This document shows, in pieces, positions 11,901-25,803 of a DNA stretch of 64,000 nt. The stretch is taken from the NCBI RefSeq assembly GCF_009914755.1, contig NC_060946.1; one strand, 5' to 3'. The stretch's first letter is position 1. Each line of letters begins with the position of its first letter. The notes beneath the pieces were generated by a model. The model did not search any database, was not told where the DNA came from, and worked only from the letters and a program-made list of their open reading frames with translations. Source of the stretch: the human T2T-CHM13v2.0 reference genome, Homo sapiens. The position numbers and the translations under genes are program-made.

Positions 11901-14900
11901 CCAGGTGATGTAACTCTTGTCTAGGCTCTGCTTCCAGGGCATATTGTGACATATCTATGCACTGATCACCTTAGTGATGTAACACTTTGGTAGGCTCGGC
12001 CTACAGGGAATCTTGACATATCTCTGCACTGTTAACCGAGGTGATTTAACTCTTCTCTAGGCTGTGCCCACAGGGGGATTGAGACATATCTCTGCCCTGA
12101 TCCCGAGGTGATACAACTCTTGCCTGGTCTCTGCCTACTGTGGATATTGTGACATATCTCTGCACTGATCTCCCAGGTGCTGTAACTTTAGTCTAGGCTC
12201 TGGCTACACGGCATTGTGACATATCACTGCACTGATCACCCAGGCGATATAACACTTCTCTAGGATCTGACCACAGGGTGCTTTGTGACATATCCCTGCA
12301 ATGATCACCCAGGTGATATACCACTTGCCAAGGCTCTGCCTACAGGGGCATTGCAATGTATCTCTGCACTGATCACCTAGGTCTTGTAGCTATTTTCTAG
12401 GATCTGCCTACAGGGTGCTTTGTGACGTGTCCCAGCAAGGATTACCCAGGTGATGTACCTCTCATCAAGGCTCTGCCTACAGGCACATTGTGATGTATCT
12501 CTGCACTGATCACCTAGGTCATGTAACTATTTTCTAGGCTCTACCTACGATGGCATTGTGACATATCTCTGCACTAATCATCCAAGTGATGTAACTCTTG
12601 TCTAGGATGTGCCTAAATTAACTTTTTGACATAACCCTGTACTGATCATCCAGGTGATGGAGCTTTTGTCTAGGCTCTGCCTAAGGGGGCATTTTGACAT
12701 ATTTCTGCATTGATCACCCAGGTGGCGAACTCTTCTCTCGGATATGCCTATGGGGGCATTGTGAGAAATCTCTGCACTGATAACCCAGGTGATGTAACGG
12801 TTGTGTAACCTCTGCCTACAGGGGAAGTGTGAGAGATCTCGTCACTGATTACCCAAGTGATGTAACCGTTGTCTAGGCTTTGCATACAGGGGGCTTTGTG
12901 ACATACCTTCGCACTGATCACCCAGGTGATGTAACACATCTAAGTTCGGCCTAAAGGAGCTTTGTGACATATCTCTGCAGTGATCACTTAGGTGATGTAA
13001 CACTTTTATAATCACTGCCTACAGGGAATTTTGACAAATCTCTGCACTGATCACCTAGGTGATGTAACTCTTGTCTACCCTCTGTCCAACGGGGCATTGT
13101 GAAATATCTCTGTACTGATCACCCAGGTGATTCAACTCTTGACTAGTAACTGCCTACAGAGGTTATTGTGAAATATCTCTGCACTGATAAACTAGGTAGT
13201 GTAACACTTGTCCAAGCTCTGCCTACAGGGGCGTTTACACATATCCCTGAACTGATGACAAAGGTGATGTAACTCTTGCCTAGGCTTTGCCTACAGGGAA
13301 CATTGGACATATATCTGCACTGATCACCCAGGTGATGCAACTCTTGCCTAGGCTTTGCCTACAGGGGACATTGTGACATATCTCTTCAATGATCACCCAT
13401 GTGATGCATCTCTTGCCTAGGCTTTGCCTACAGGGGACATTGTGACATATCTCTGCACTGATCTCCCAGGTGCTGTAACTTTAGTGTAGGCTCTGGCTAC
13501 ACGGCATTGTGACATATCACTGCACTAATCAACCAGGTGATATAACTCTTGTATAGGCTCTGCGTACAGGGGGATTGTGACCTACCTCTGCACTGATCAC
13601 CCAGGTGATATAACTCTTCTCTAGGATCTGCCTACAGGGTACTTTGTGACATATCCCTGCACTGATCACCCAGGTGATCTATCTCTGGTCTAAGCTCTGC
13701 CTAAAGGGGCATTGTGACAGATCTCTGCACTGATCACTCTGGTGATGTAAGTATTTTCTAGGCTCTGCTTCAAGGGGCCTTGTCACATATCTCTGCACTG
13801 ATCACCCAGGTGATGTAACTCTTGTCTAGGCTCTGCTTCCAGGGCATATTGTGACATATCTATGCACTGATCACCTTAGTGATGTAACACTTTGGTAGGC
13901 TCGGCGTACAGGGAATCTTGACATATCTCTGCACTGTTAACCGAGGTGATTTAACTCTTCTCTAGGCTGTGCCCACAGGGGGATTGAGACATATCTCTGC
14001 CCTGATCCCGAGGTGATACAACTCTTGCCTGGTCTCTGCCTACTGTGGACATTGTGACATATCTCTGCACTGATCTCCCAGGTGCTGTAACTTTAGTCTA
14101 GGCTCTGGCTACACGGCATTGTGACATATCACTGCACTGATCACCCAGGCGATATAACACTTCTCTAGGATCTGACCACAGGGTGCTTTGTGACATATCC
14201 CTGCAATGATCACCCAGGTGATATACCACTTGCCAAGGCTCTGCCTACAGGGGCATTGCAATGTATCTCTGCACTGATCACCTAGGTCTTGTAGCTATTT
14301 TCTAGGATCTGCCTACAGGGTGCTTTGTGACGTGTCCCAGCAAGGATTACCCAGGTGTTGTACCTCTCATCAAGGCTGTGCCTACAGGCACATTGTGATG
14401 TATCTCTGCACTGATCACCTAGGTCATGTAACTATTTTCTAGGCTCTACCTACGATGGCATTGTGACATATCTCTGCACTAATCATCCAAGTGATGTAAC
14501 TCTTGTCTAGGATGTGCCTAAATTAACTTTTTGACATAACCCTGTACTGATCATCCAGGTGATGGAGCTTTTGTCTAGGCTCTGCCTAAGGGGGCATTGT
14601 GACATATTTCTGCATTGATCACCCAGTTGGCGAACTCTTCTCTCGGATCTGCCTATGGGGGCATTGTGAGAAATCTCTGCACTGATAACCCAGGTGATGT
14701 AACGGTTGTGTAACCTCTGCCTACAGGGGAACTGTGAGAGATCTCGTCACTGATTACCCAAGTGATGTAACCGTTGTCTAGGCTTTGCATACAGGGGGCT
14801 TTGTGACATACCTTCGCACTGATCACCCAGGTGATGTAACACATCTAAGTTCGGCCTAAAGGAGCTTTGTGACATATCTCTGCACTGATCACTTAGGTGA

Positions 14901-17900
14901 TGTAACACTTTTATAATCACTGCCTACAGGGAATTTTGACAAATCTCTGCACTGATCACCTAGGTGATGTAACTCTTGTCTACCCTCTGTCCAACGGGGC
15001 ATTGTGAAATGTCTCTGCACTGATCACCCAGGTGATTCAACTCTTGACTAGGAACTGCCTACAGAGGTTATTGTGAAATATCTCTGCACTGATAAACTAG
15101 GTGGTGTAACCCTTTTCCAAGCTCTGCCTACAGGGGCGTTTCCACATATCCCTGAACTGATGACAAAGGTGATGTAACTCTTGCCTAGGCTTTGTCTACA
15201 GGGAACATTGGACATATATCTGCACTGATCACCCAGGTGATGCAACTCTTGCCTAGACTTTGCCTACAGGGGACATTGTGACATATCTCTTCAATGATCA
15301 CTCATTTGATGCATCTCTTGCCTAGGCTTTGCCTACAGGGACATTGTGACATATCTCTGCACTGATCTCCCAGGTGCTGTAACTTTAGTCTAGGCTCTGG
15401 CTACACGGCATTGTGACATATCACTGCACTGATCAACCAGGTGATATAACTCTTGTATAGGCTCTGCCTACAGGGGGATTGTGACCTACCTCTGCACTGA
15501 TCACCCAGGTGATATAACTCTTCTCTAGGATCTGCGTACAGGGTACTTTGTGACACATCCCTGCACTGATCACCCAGGTGATCTAACTCTGGTCTAAGCT
15601 CTGCCTAAAGGGGCATTGTGACAGATCTCTCTACTGATCAGTCTGGTGATGTAAGTATTGTCTAGGCTCTGCTTCAAGGGGCCTTGTCACATATCTCTGC
15701 ACTGATCACCCAGGTGATGTAACTCTTGTCTAGGTTCTGCTTCCAGGGCATATTTTGATATATCTATACACTGATCACCTCAGTGATGTAACACTTTGGT
15801 AGGCTCGGCCTACAGGGGAATCTTGACATATCTCTGCACTGTTAACCGAGGTGATTTAACACTTGTCTAGGCTGTGCCCACAGGGGGATTGAGACATATC
15901 TCTGCACTGATCCCGAGGTGATACAACTCTTGCCTGGTCTCTGCCTAGTGTGGACATTGTGACATATCTCTGAACTGATCTCCCAGGTGCTGTAACTTTA
16001 GTCTGGGCTCTGGCTACACGGCATTGTGACATATCACTGCACTGATCACCCAGGCGATATAACTCTTCTCTAGGATCTGACCACAGGGTGCTTTGTGACA
16101 TATCCCTGCAATGATCACCCAGGTGATATACCACTTGCCAAGGCTCTGCCTACAGGGGCATTGCAATGTATCTCTGCACTGATCACCTAGGTCTTGCAGC
16201 TATTTTCTAGGATCTGCCTACAGGGTGCTTTGTGACGTGTCCTAGCAAGGATTACCCAGGTGATGTACCTCTCATCAAGGCTCTGCCTACAGGCACATTG
16301 TGATGTATCTCTGCACTGATCACCTAGGTCATGTAACTTTTTTCTAGGCTCTACCTACGATGGCATTGTGACATAACTCTGCACTAATCATCCACGTGAT
16401 GTAACTCTTGTCTAGGATGTGCCTAAATTAACTTTTTGACATAACCCTGTACTGATCATCCAGGTGATGGAGCTTTTGTCTAGGCTCTGCCTAAGGGGGC
16501 ATTGTGACATATTTCTGCATTGATCACCCAGGTGGCGAACTCTTCTCTCGGATCTGCCTATGGGGGCATTGTGAGAAATCTCTGCACTGATCACCCAGGT
16601 GATGTAACTGTTGTGTAACCTCTGCCTACAGGGGAATTGTGAGAGATCTCGTCACTGATTACCCAAGTGATGTAACCATTGTCTAGGCTTTGCGTACAGG
16701 GGGCTTTGTGACATACCTTTGCACTGATCACCCAGGTGATGTAACACATCTAAGTTCGGCCTAAAGGAGCTTTGTGACATATCTCTGCACTGATCACTTA
16801 GGTGACGTAACACTTTTATAATCACTGCCTACAGGGAATTTTGACAAATCTCTGCACTGATCACCTAGGTGATGTCACTCTTGTCTACCCTCTGTCCAAC
16901 GGGGCATTGTGAAATGTCTCTGCACTGATCACCCAGGTGATTCAAATCTTGACTAGGAACTGCCTACAGAGGTTATTGTGAAATATCTCTGCACTGATAA
17001 ACTTGGTGGTGTAACTCTTGTCCAAGCTTTGCCTACAGGGGCGTTTCCACATATCCCTGAACTGATGACAAAGGTGATGTAACTCTTGCCTAGGCTTTGC
17101 CTACAGGGAATATTGGACATATATCTGCACTGATCACCCAGGTGATGCAACTCTTGCCTAGGCTTTGCCTACAGGGGACATTGTGACATATCTCCTCAAT
17201 GATCACTCATTTGATGCATCTCTTGCCTAGGCTTTGCCTACAGGGACATTGTGACATATCTCTGCACTGATCTCCCAGGTGCTGTAACTTTAGTCTAGGC
17301 TCTGGCTACACGGCATTATGACATATCACTGCACTGATCAACCAGGTGATATAACTCTTGTATAGGCTCTGCCTACAGGGGGATTGTGACCTACCTCTGC
17401 ACTGATCACCCAGGTGATATAACTCTTCTCTAGGATCTGCCTACAGGGTACTTTGTGACATATCCCTGCACTGATCACCCAGGTGATCTAACTCTGGTCT
17501 AAGCTCTGCCTAAAGGGGCATTTTGACAGATCTCTGCACTGATCAGTCTGGTGATGTAAGTATTCTCTAGGCTCTGCTTCAAGGGGCCTTGTCACATATC
17601 TCTGCACTGATCACCCAGGTGATGTAACTCTTGTCTAGGCTCTGCTTCCAGGGCATATCGTGACATATGTATGCACTGATCACCTTAGTGATGTAACACT
17701 TTGGTAGGCTCGGCCTACAGGGGAATCTTGACATATCTCTGCACTGTTAACCGAGGTGATTTAACTCTTGTCTAGGCTGTGCCCACAGGGGGATTGAGAC
17801 ATATCTCTGCACTGATCCCGAGGTGATACAAGTCTTGCCTGGTCTCTGCCTACTGTGGACATTGTGACATATCTCTGCACTGATCTCCCAGGTGCTGTAA

Positions 17901-20900
17901 CTTTAGTCTAGGCTCTGGCTACACGGCATTGTGACATATCACTGCACTGATCACCCATGGGATATAACTCTTCTCTAGGATCTGACCACAGGGTGCTTTG
18001 TGACATATCCATGCAATGATCACCCAGGTGATATACCACTTGCCAAGGCTCTGCCTACAGGGGCATTGCAATGTATCTCTGCACTGATCACCTAGGTCTT
18101 GTAGCTATTTTCTAGGATCTGCCTACAGGGTGCTTTGTGAAGTGTCCCAGCAAGGATTACCCAGGTGATGTACCTCTCATCAAGGCTCTGCCTAGAGGCA
18201 CATTGTGATGTATCTCTGCACTGATCACCTCGGTCATGTAACTTTTTTCTAGGCTCTACCTACGATGGCATTGTGACATATCTCTGCACTAATCATCCAA
18301 GTGATGTAACTCTTGTCTAGGATGTGCCTAAATTAACTTTTTGACATAACCCTGTACTGATCATCCAGGTGATGGAGCTTTTGTCTAGGCTCTGCCTAAG
18401 GGGGCATTGTGAAATATTTCTGCATTGATCTCCCAGGTGGCGAACTCTTCTCTCGGATCTGCCTATGGGGGCATTGTGAGAAATCTCTGCACTGATCACC
18501 CAGGTGATGTAACTGTTGTGTAACCTCTGCCTACAGGGGAATTGTGAGAGATCTCGTCACTGATTACCCAAGTGATGTAACCATTGTCTAGGCTTTGCGT
18601 ACAGGGGGCTTTGTGACATACCTTTGCACTGATCACCCAGGTGATGTAACACATCTAAGTGCGGCCTAAAGGAGCTTTGTGACATATCTCTGCACTGATC
18701 ACTTAGGTGACGTAACACTTTTATAATCACTGCCTACAGGGAATTTTGACAAATCTCTGCACTGATCACCTAGGTGATGTCACTCTTGTCTACCCTCTGT
18801 CCAACGGGGCATTGTGAAATGTCTCTGCACTGATCACCCAGGTGATTCAACTCTTGACTAGGAACTGCCTACAGAGGTTATTGTGAAATATCTCTGCACT
18901 GATAAACTTGGTGGTGTAACTCTTGTCCAAGCTCTGCCTACAGGGGCGTTTCCACATATCCCTGAACTGATGACAAAGGTGATGTAACTCTTGCCTAGGC
19001 TTTGCCTACAGGGAATATTGGACATATATCTGCACTGATCACCCAGGTGATGCAACTCTTGCCTAGGCTTTGCCTACAGGGGACATTGTGACATATCTCT
19101 TCAATGATCACTCATTTGATGCATCTCTTGCCTAGGCTTTGCCTACAGGGACATTGTGACATATCTCTGCACTGATCTCCCAGGTGCTGTAACTTTAGTC
19201 TAGGCTCTGGCTACACGGCATTGTGACATATCACTGCACTGATCAACCAGGTGATATAACTCTTGTATAGGCTCTGCCTACAGGGGGATTGTGACCTACC
19301 TCTGCACTGATCACCCAGGTGATATAACTCTTCTCTAGGATCTGCCTACAGGGTACTTTGTGACATATCCCTGCACTGATCACCCAGGTGATCTAACTCT
19401 GGTCTAAGCTCTGCCTAAAGGGGCATTTTGACAGATCTCTGCACTGATCAGTCTGGTGATGTAAGTATTCTCTAGGCTCTGCTTCAAGGGGCCTTGTCAC
19501 ATATCTCTGCACTGATCACCCAGGTGATGTAACTCTTGTCTAGGCTCTGCTTCCAGGGCATATCGTGAAATATGTATGCACTGATCACCTTAGTGATGTA
19601 ACACTTTGGTAGGCTCGGCCTACAGGGGAATCTTGACATATCTCTGCACTGTTAACCGAGGTGATTTAACTCTTGTCTAGGCTGTGCCCACAGGGGGATT
19701 GAGACATATCTCTGCACTGATCCCGAGGTGATACAAGTCTTGCCTGGTCTCTGCCTACTGTGGACATTGTGACATATCTCTGCACTGATCTCCCAGGTGC
19801 TGTAACTTTAGTCTAGGCTCTGGCTACACGGCATTGTGACATATCACTGCACTGATCACCCATGGGATATAACTCTTCTGTAGGATCTGACCACAGGGTG
19901 CTTTGTGACATATCCATGCAATGATCACCCAGGTGATATACCACTTGCCAAGGCTCTGCCTACAGGGGCATTGCAATGTATCTCTGCACTGATCACCTAG
20001 GTCTTGTAGCTATTTTCTAGGATCTGCCTACAGGGTGCTTTGTGAAGTGTCCCAGCAAGGATTACCCAGGTGATGTACCTCTCATCAAGGCTCTGCCTAC
20101 AGGCACATTGTGATGTATCTCTGCACTGATCACCTCGGTCATGTAACTTTTTTCTAGGCTCTACCTACGATGGCATTGTGACATATCTCTGCACTAATCA
20201 TCCAAGTGATGTAACTCTTGTCTAGGATGTGCCTAAATTAACTTTTTGACATAACCCTGTACTGATCATCCAGGTGATGGAGCTTTTGTCTAGGCTCTGC
20301 CTAAGGGGGCATTGTGAAATATTTCTGCATTGATCACCCAGGTGGGGAACTCTTCTCTCGGATCTGCCTATGGGGGCATTGTGAGAAATCTCTGCACTGA
20401 TCACCCAGGTGATGTAACTGTTGTGTAACCTCTGCCTACAGGGGAATTGTGAGAGATCTCGTCACTGATTACCCAAGTGATGTAACCATTGTCTAGGCTT
20501 TGCGTAGAGGGGGCTTTGTGACATACCTTTGCACTGATCACCCAGGTGATGTAACACATCTAAGTTCGGCCTAAAGGAGCTTTGTGACATATCTCTGCAC
20601 TGATCACGTAGGTGATGTAACACTTTTATAATCACTGCCTACAGGGAATTTTGACAAATCTCTGCACTGATCACCTAGGTGATGTAACTCTTGTCTACCC
20701 TCTGTCCAACGGGGCATTGTGAAATATCTCTGCACTGATCACCCAGGTGATTCAACTCTTGACTAGGAACTGCCTACAGAGGTTATTGTGAAATATCTCT
20801 GCACTGATAAACTAGGTGGTGTAACCCTTGTCCAAGCTCTGCCTACAGGGGCGTTTCCACATATCGCTGAACTGATGACAGAGGTGATGTAACTCTTACC

Positions 20901-23900
20901 TAGGCTTTGCCTACAGGGAACATTGGACATATATCTGCACTGATCACCCAGGTGATGCAACACTTGCCTAGGCTTTGCCTACAGGGGACATTGTGACATA
21001 TATCTTCAATGATCACTCATGTGATGCATCTCTTGCCCAGGCTTTGCCTACAGGGGACATTGTGACATATCTCTGCACTGATCTCCCAGGTGCTGTAACT
21101 TTAGTCTAGGCTCTGGCTACACGGCATTGTGACCTACCTCTGCACTGATCACCCAGGTGATATAACTCTTCTCTAGGATCTGCCTACAGGGTACTTTGTG
21201 ACATATCCCTGCACTGATCACCCAGGTGATCTAACTCTAGTCTAAGCTCTGCATAAAGGGGCATTGTGACAGATCTCTGCACTGATCACTCTGGTGATGT
21301 AAGTATTGTCTAGGCTCTGCTTCAAGGGGCCTTGTCACATATCTCTGCACTGATCACCCAGGTGATGTAACTCTTGTCTAGGCTCTGCTTCCAGGGCATA
21401 TTGTGACATATCTATGCACTGATCACCTTATTGATGTAACACTTTGGTAGGCTCGGCCTACAGGGGAATCTTGACATATCTCTGCACTGTTAACAGAGGT
21501 GATTTAACTCTTGTCTAGGCTGTGCCCACAGGGGGATTGAGACATATCTCTGCACTGATCCCGAGGTGATACAAGTCTTGCCTGGTCTCTGCCTGCTGTG
21601 GACATTGGGACATATCTCTGCACTGATCTCCCAGGTGCTGTAACTTTAGACTAGGCTCTGGCTACACGGCATTGTGACATATCACTGCACTGATCACCCA
21701 GGCGATATAACTCTTCTCTAGGATCTGACCACAGGGTGCTTTGTGACATATCCCTGCAATGATCACCCAGGTGATATACCACTTGCCAAGGCTCTGCCTA
21801 CAGGGGCATTGCAATGTATCTCTGCACTGATCACCTAGGTCCTGTAGCTATTTTCTAGGATCTGCCTACAGGGTGCTTTGTGACGTGTCCTAGCAAGGTT
21901 TACCCAGGTGATGTACCTCTCATCAAGGCTCTGCCTACAGGCACATTGTGATGTATCTCTGCACTGATCACCTCGGTCATGTAACTTTTTTCTAGGCTCT
22001 ACCTACGATGGCATTGTGACATATCTCTGCACTAATCATCCAAGTGATGTAACTCTTGTCTAGGATGTGCCTAAATTAACTTTTTGACATAACCCTGTAC
22101 TGATCATCCAGGTGATGGAGCTTTTGTCTAGGCTCTGCCTAAGGGGGCATTGTGACATATTTCTGCATTGATCACCCAGGTGGCGAACTCTTCTCTCGGA
22201 TCTGCCTATGGGGGCATTGTGAGAAATCTCTGCACTGATCATCCAGGTGATGTAACTGTTGTGTAACCTCTGCCTACAGGGGAATTGTGAGAGATCTCGT
22301 CTCTGATTACCCAAGAGATGTAACCATTGTCTAGGCTTTGCGTACAGCGGGCTTTGTGACATACCTTTGCACTGATCACCCAGGTGATGTAACACATCTA
22401 AGTTCGGCCTAAAGGAGCCTTGTGACATATCTCTGCACTGATCACTTAGGTGATGTAACACTTTTATAATCACTGCCTACAGGGAAATTTGACAAATCTC
22501 TGCACTGATCACCTAGGTGATGTAACTCTTGTCTACCCTCTGTCCAACGGAGCATTGTGAAATGTCTCTGCACTGATCACCCAGGTGATTCAACTCTTGA
22601 CTAGGAACTGCCTACAGAGGTTAATGTGAAATATCTCTGCACTGATAAACTCGGTGGTGTAACCATTGTCCAAGCTCTGCCTACAGGGGCGTTTCCACAT
22701 ATCCCTGAACTGATGACAGAGGTGATGTAACTCTTGCCTAGGCTTTGCCTACAGGGAACATTGGACATATATCTGCACTGATCACCCAGGTGATGCAACT
22801 CCTGCCTAGGCTTTGCCTACAGGGGACATTGTGACATATCTCTTCAATGATCACTCATGTGATGCATCTCTTGCCTAGGCTTTGCCTACAGGGGACACTG
22901 TGACATATCTCTGAACTGATCTCCCAGGTGCTGTAACTTTAGTCTAGGCTCTGGCTACACGGCATTGTGACATATCACTGCACTGATCAACCAGGTGATA
23001 TAACACTTGTATAGGCTCTGCCTACAGGGGTATTGTGACCTACCTCTGCACTGATCACCCAGGTGATATAACTCTTCTCTAGGATCTGCCTACAGGGTAC
23101 TTTGTGACATATCCCTACACTGATCACCCAGGTGATCTAACTCTGGTCTAAGCTCTGCCTAAAGGGGCATTGTGACAGATCTCTGCACTGATCACTCTGG
23201 TGATGTAAGTATTGTCTAGGCTCTGCTTCAAGGGGCCTTGTCACATATCTCTGCACTGATCACCCTGGTGATGTAACTCTTGTCTATGCTCTGCTTCCAG
23301 GGCATATTGTGACATATCTATGCACTGATCACCTTAGTGATGTAACACTTTTGTAGGCTCGGCCTACAGGGGAATCTTGACATATCTCTGCACTGTTAAC
23401 CGAGGTGATTTAACTCTTGTCTAGGCTGTGCCCACAGGGGGATTGAGACATATCTCTGCACTGATCCCGAGGTGATACAACTCTTGCCTGGTCTCTGCCT
23501 ACTGTGGACATTGTGACATATCTCTGCACTGATCTCCCAGGTGCTGTAACTTTACTCTAGGCTCTGGCTACACGGCATTGTGACATATCACTGCACTGAT
23601 CACCCAGGCGATATATCTCTTCTCTAGGATCTGACCACAGGGTGCTTTGTGACATATCCCTGCAATGATCACCCAGGTGAGATACCAGTTGCCCAGGCTA
23701 TGCCTACAGGGGCATTGCAATGTATCTCTGCACTGATCACCTAGGTCTTGTAGCTATTTTCTAGGATCTGCCTACAGGGTGCTTTGTGACGTGTCCCAGC
23801 AAGGATTACCCAGGTGATGTACCTCTCATCAAGGCTCTGCCTACAGGCACATTGTGATGTATCTCTGCACTGATCACCTCGGTCATGTAACTATTTTCTA

Positions 23901-23965
23901 GGCTCTACCTACGATGGCATTGTGACATATCTCTGCACTAATCATCCAAGTGATGTAACTCTTGT
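1..23965. repeat. HOR domain dominated by the 28-monomer unit (1904-1906 bp), with three interspersed 27-mers
   Basis: Landmark positions 1308, 3145, 5051, 6888, 8794, 10698, 12602, 14507, 16412, 18317, 20222, 22060, 23966 give spacings 1837, 1906, 1837, 1906, 1904, 1904, 1905, 1905, 1905, 1905, 1838, 1906. Long units contain the extra monomer '...atcaaccaggtgatataactcttgtataggc...'. Confidence 0.92.
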
Positions 23966-25803
23966 CTAGGATGTGCCTAAATTAACTTTTTGACATAACC
24001 CTGTACTGATCATCCAGGTGATGGAGCTTTTGTCTAGGCTCTGCCTAAGGGGGCATTGTGACACATTTCTGCATTGATCACCCAGGTGACGAAGTCTTCT
24101 CTCGGATCTGCCTATGGGGGCATTGTGAGAAACCTCTGCACTGATCACCCAGGTGATGTAACTCTTGTGTAACCTCTGCCTACAGGGGAATTGTGAGAGA
24201 TCTCGTCACTGATTACCCAAGTGATGTAACCATTGTCTAGTCTTTGCGTACAGGGGGCTTTGTGACATACCTTTGCACTGATCACCCAGGTGATGTAACA
24301 CATCTAAGTTCGGCCTAAAGGAGCTTTGTGACATATCTCTGCACTGATCACTTAGGTGATGTAACACTTTTATAATCACTGCCTACAGGGAATTTTGACA
24401 AATCTCTGCACTCATCACCTAGGTGATGTAACTCTTGTCTACCCTCTGTCCAACGGGGCACTGTGAAATATCTCTGCACTGATCACCCAGGTGATTCAAC
24501 TCTTGACTAGGAACTGCCTACAGAGGTTATTGTGAAATATCTCTGCACTGATAAACTAGGTGGTGTAACCCTTGTCCAAGCTCTGCCTACAGGGGCGTTT
24601 CCACATATCCCTGAACTGATGACAAAGCTGATGTAACACTTGCCTAGGCTTTGCCTACAGGGAACATTGGACATATATCTGCACTGATCACCCAGCTGAT
24701 GCAACTCTTGCCTAGGCTTTGCCTACAGGGGACATTGTGACATATCTCTTCAATGATCACTCATGTGATGCATCTCTTGCCTAGGCTTTGCCTACAGGGG
24801 ACATTGTGACATATCTCTGCACTGATCTCCCAGGTGCTGTAACTTTAGTCTAGGCTCTGGCTACACGGCATTGTGACCTACCTCTGCAATGATCACCCAA
24901 GTGATATAACTCTTCTCTAGGATCTGCCTACAGGGTACTTTGTGACATATCCCTGCACTGATCACCCAGGTGATCTAACTCTGTTCTAAGCTCTGCCTAA
25001 AGGGGCATTGTGACAGATCTCTGCACTGATCACTCTGGTGATGTAAGTATTGTCTAGGCTCTGCTTCAAGGGGCCTTGTCACATATCTCTGCACTGATCA
25101 CCCAGGTGATGTAACTCTTGTCTACGCTCTGCTTCCAGGGCATATTGTGACATATCTATGCACTGATCACCTTAGTGATGTAACACTTTGGTAGGCTCGG
25201 CCTACAGGGGAATCTTGACATATCTCTGCACTGTTAACCGAGGTGATTTAACTCTTGTCTAGGCTGTGCCCACAGGGGGATTGAGACATATCTCTGCACT
25301 GATCCCGAGGTGATACAACTCTTGCCTGGTCTCTGCCTACTGTGGACATTGTGACATATCTCTGCACTGATCTCCCAGGTGCTGTAACTTTACTCTAGGC
25401 TCTGGCTACACGGCATTGTGACATATCACTGCACTGATCACCCAGGCGATATATCTCTTCTCTAGGATCTGACCACAGGGTGCTTTGTGACATATCCCTG
25501 CAATGATCACCCAGGTGATATACCACTTGCCAAGGCTCTGCCTACAGGGGCATTGCAATGTATCTCTGCACTGATCACCTAGGTCTTGTAGCTATTTTCT
25601 AGGATCTGCCTACAGGGTGCTTTGTGACGTGTCCCAGCAAGGATTACCCAGGTGATGTACCTCTCATCAAGGCTCTGCCTACAGGCACATTGTGATGTAT
25701 CTCTGCACTGATCACCTCGGTCATGTAACTTTTTTCTAGGCTCTACGTACGATGGCATTGTGACATATCTCTGCACTAATCATCCAAGTGATGTAAATCT
25801 TGT

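Noticed and set aside
22060-22473. Longest ORF (137 aa)
   Set aside because: Chance extension of the usual 60-aa frame through private substitutions that remove stop codons in one unit; not conserved in the other units.
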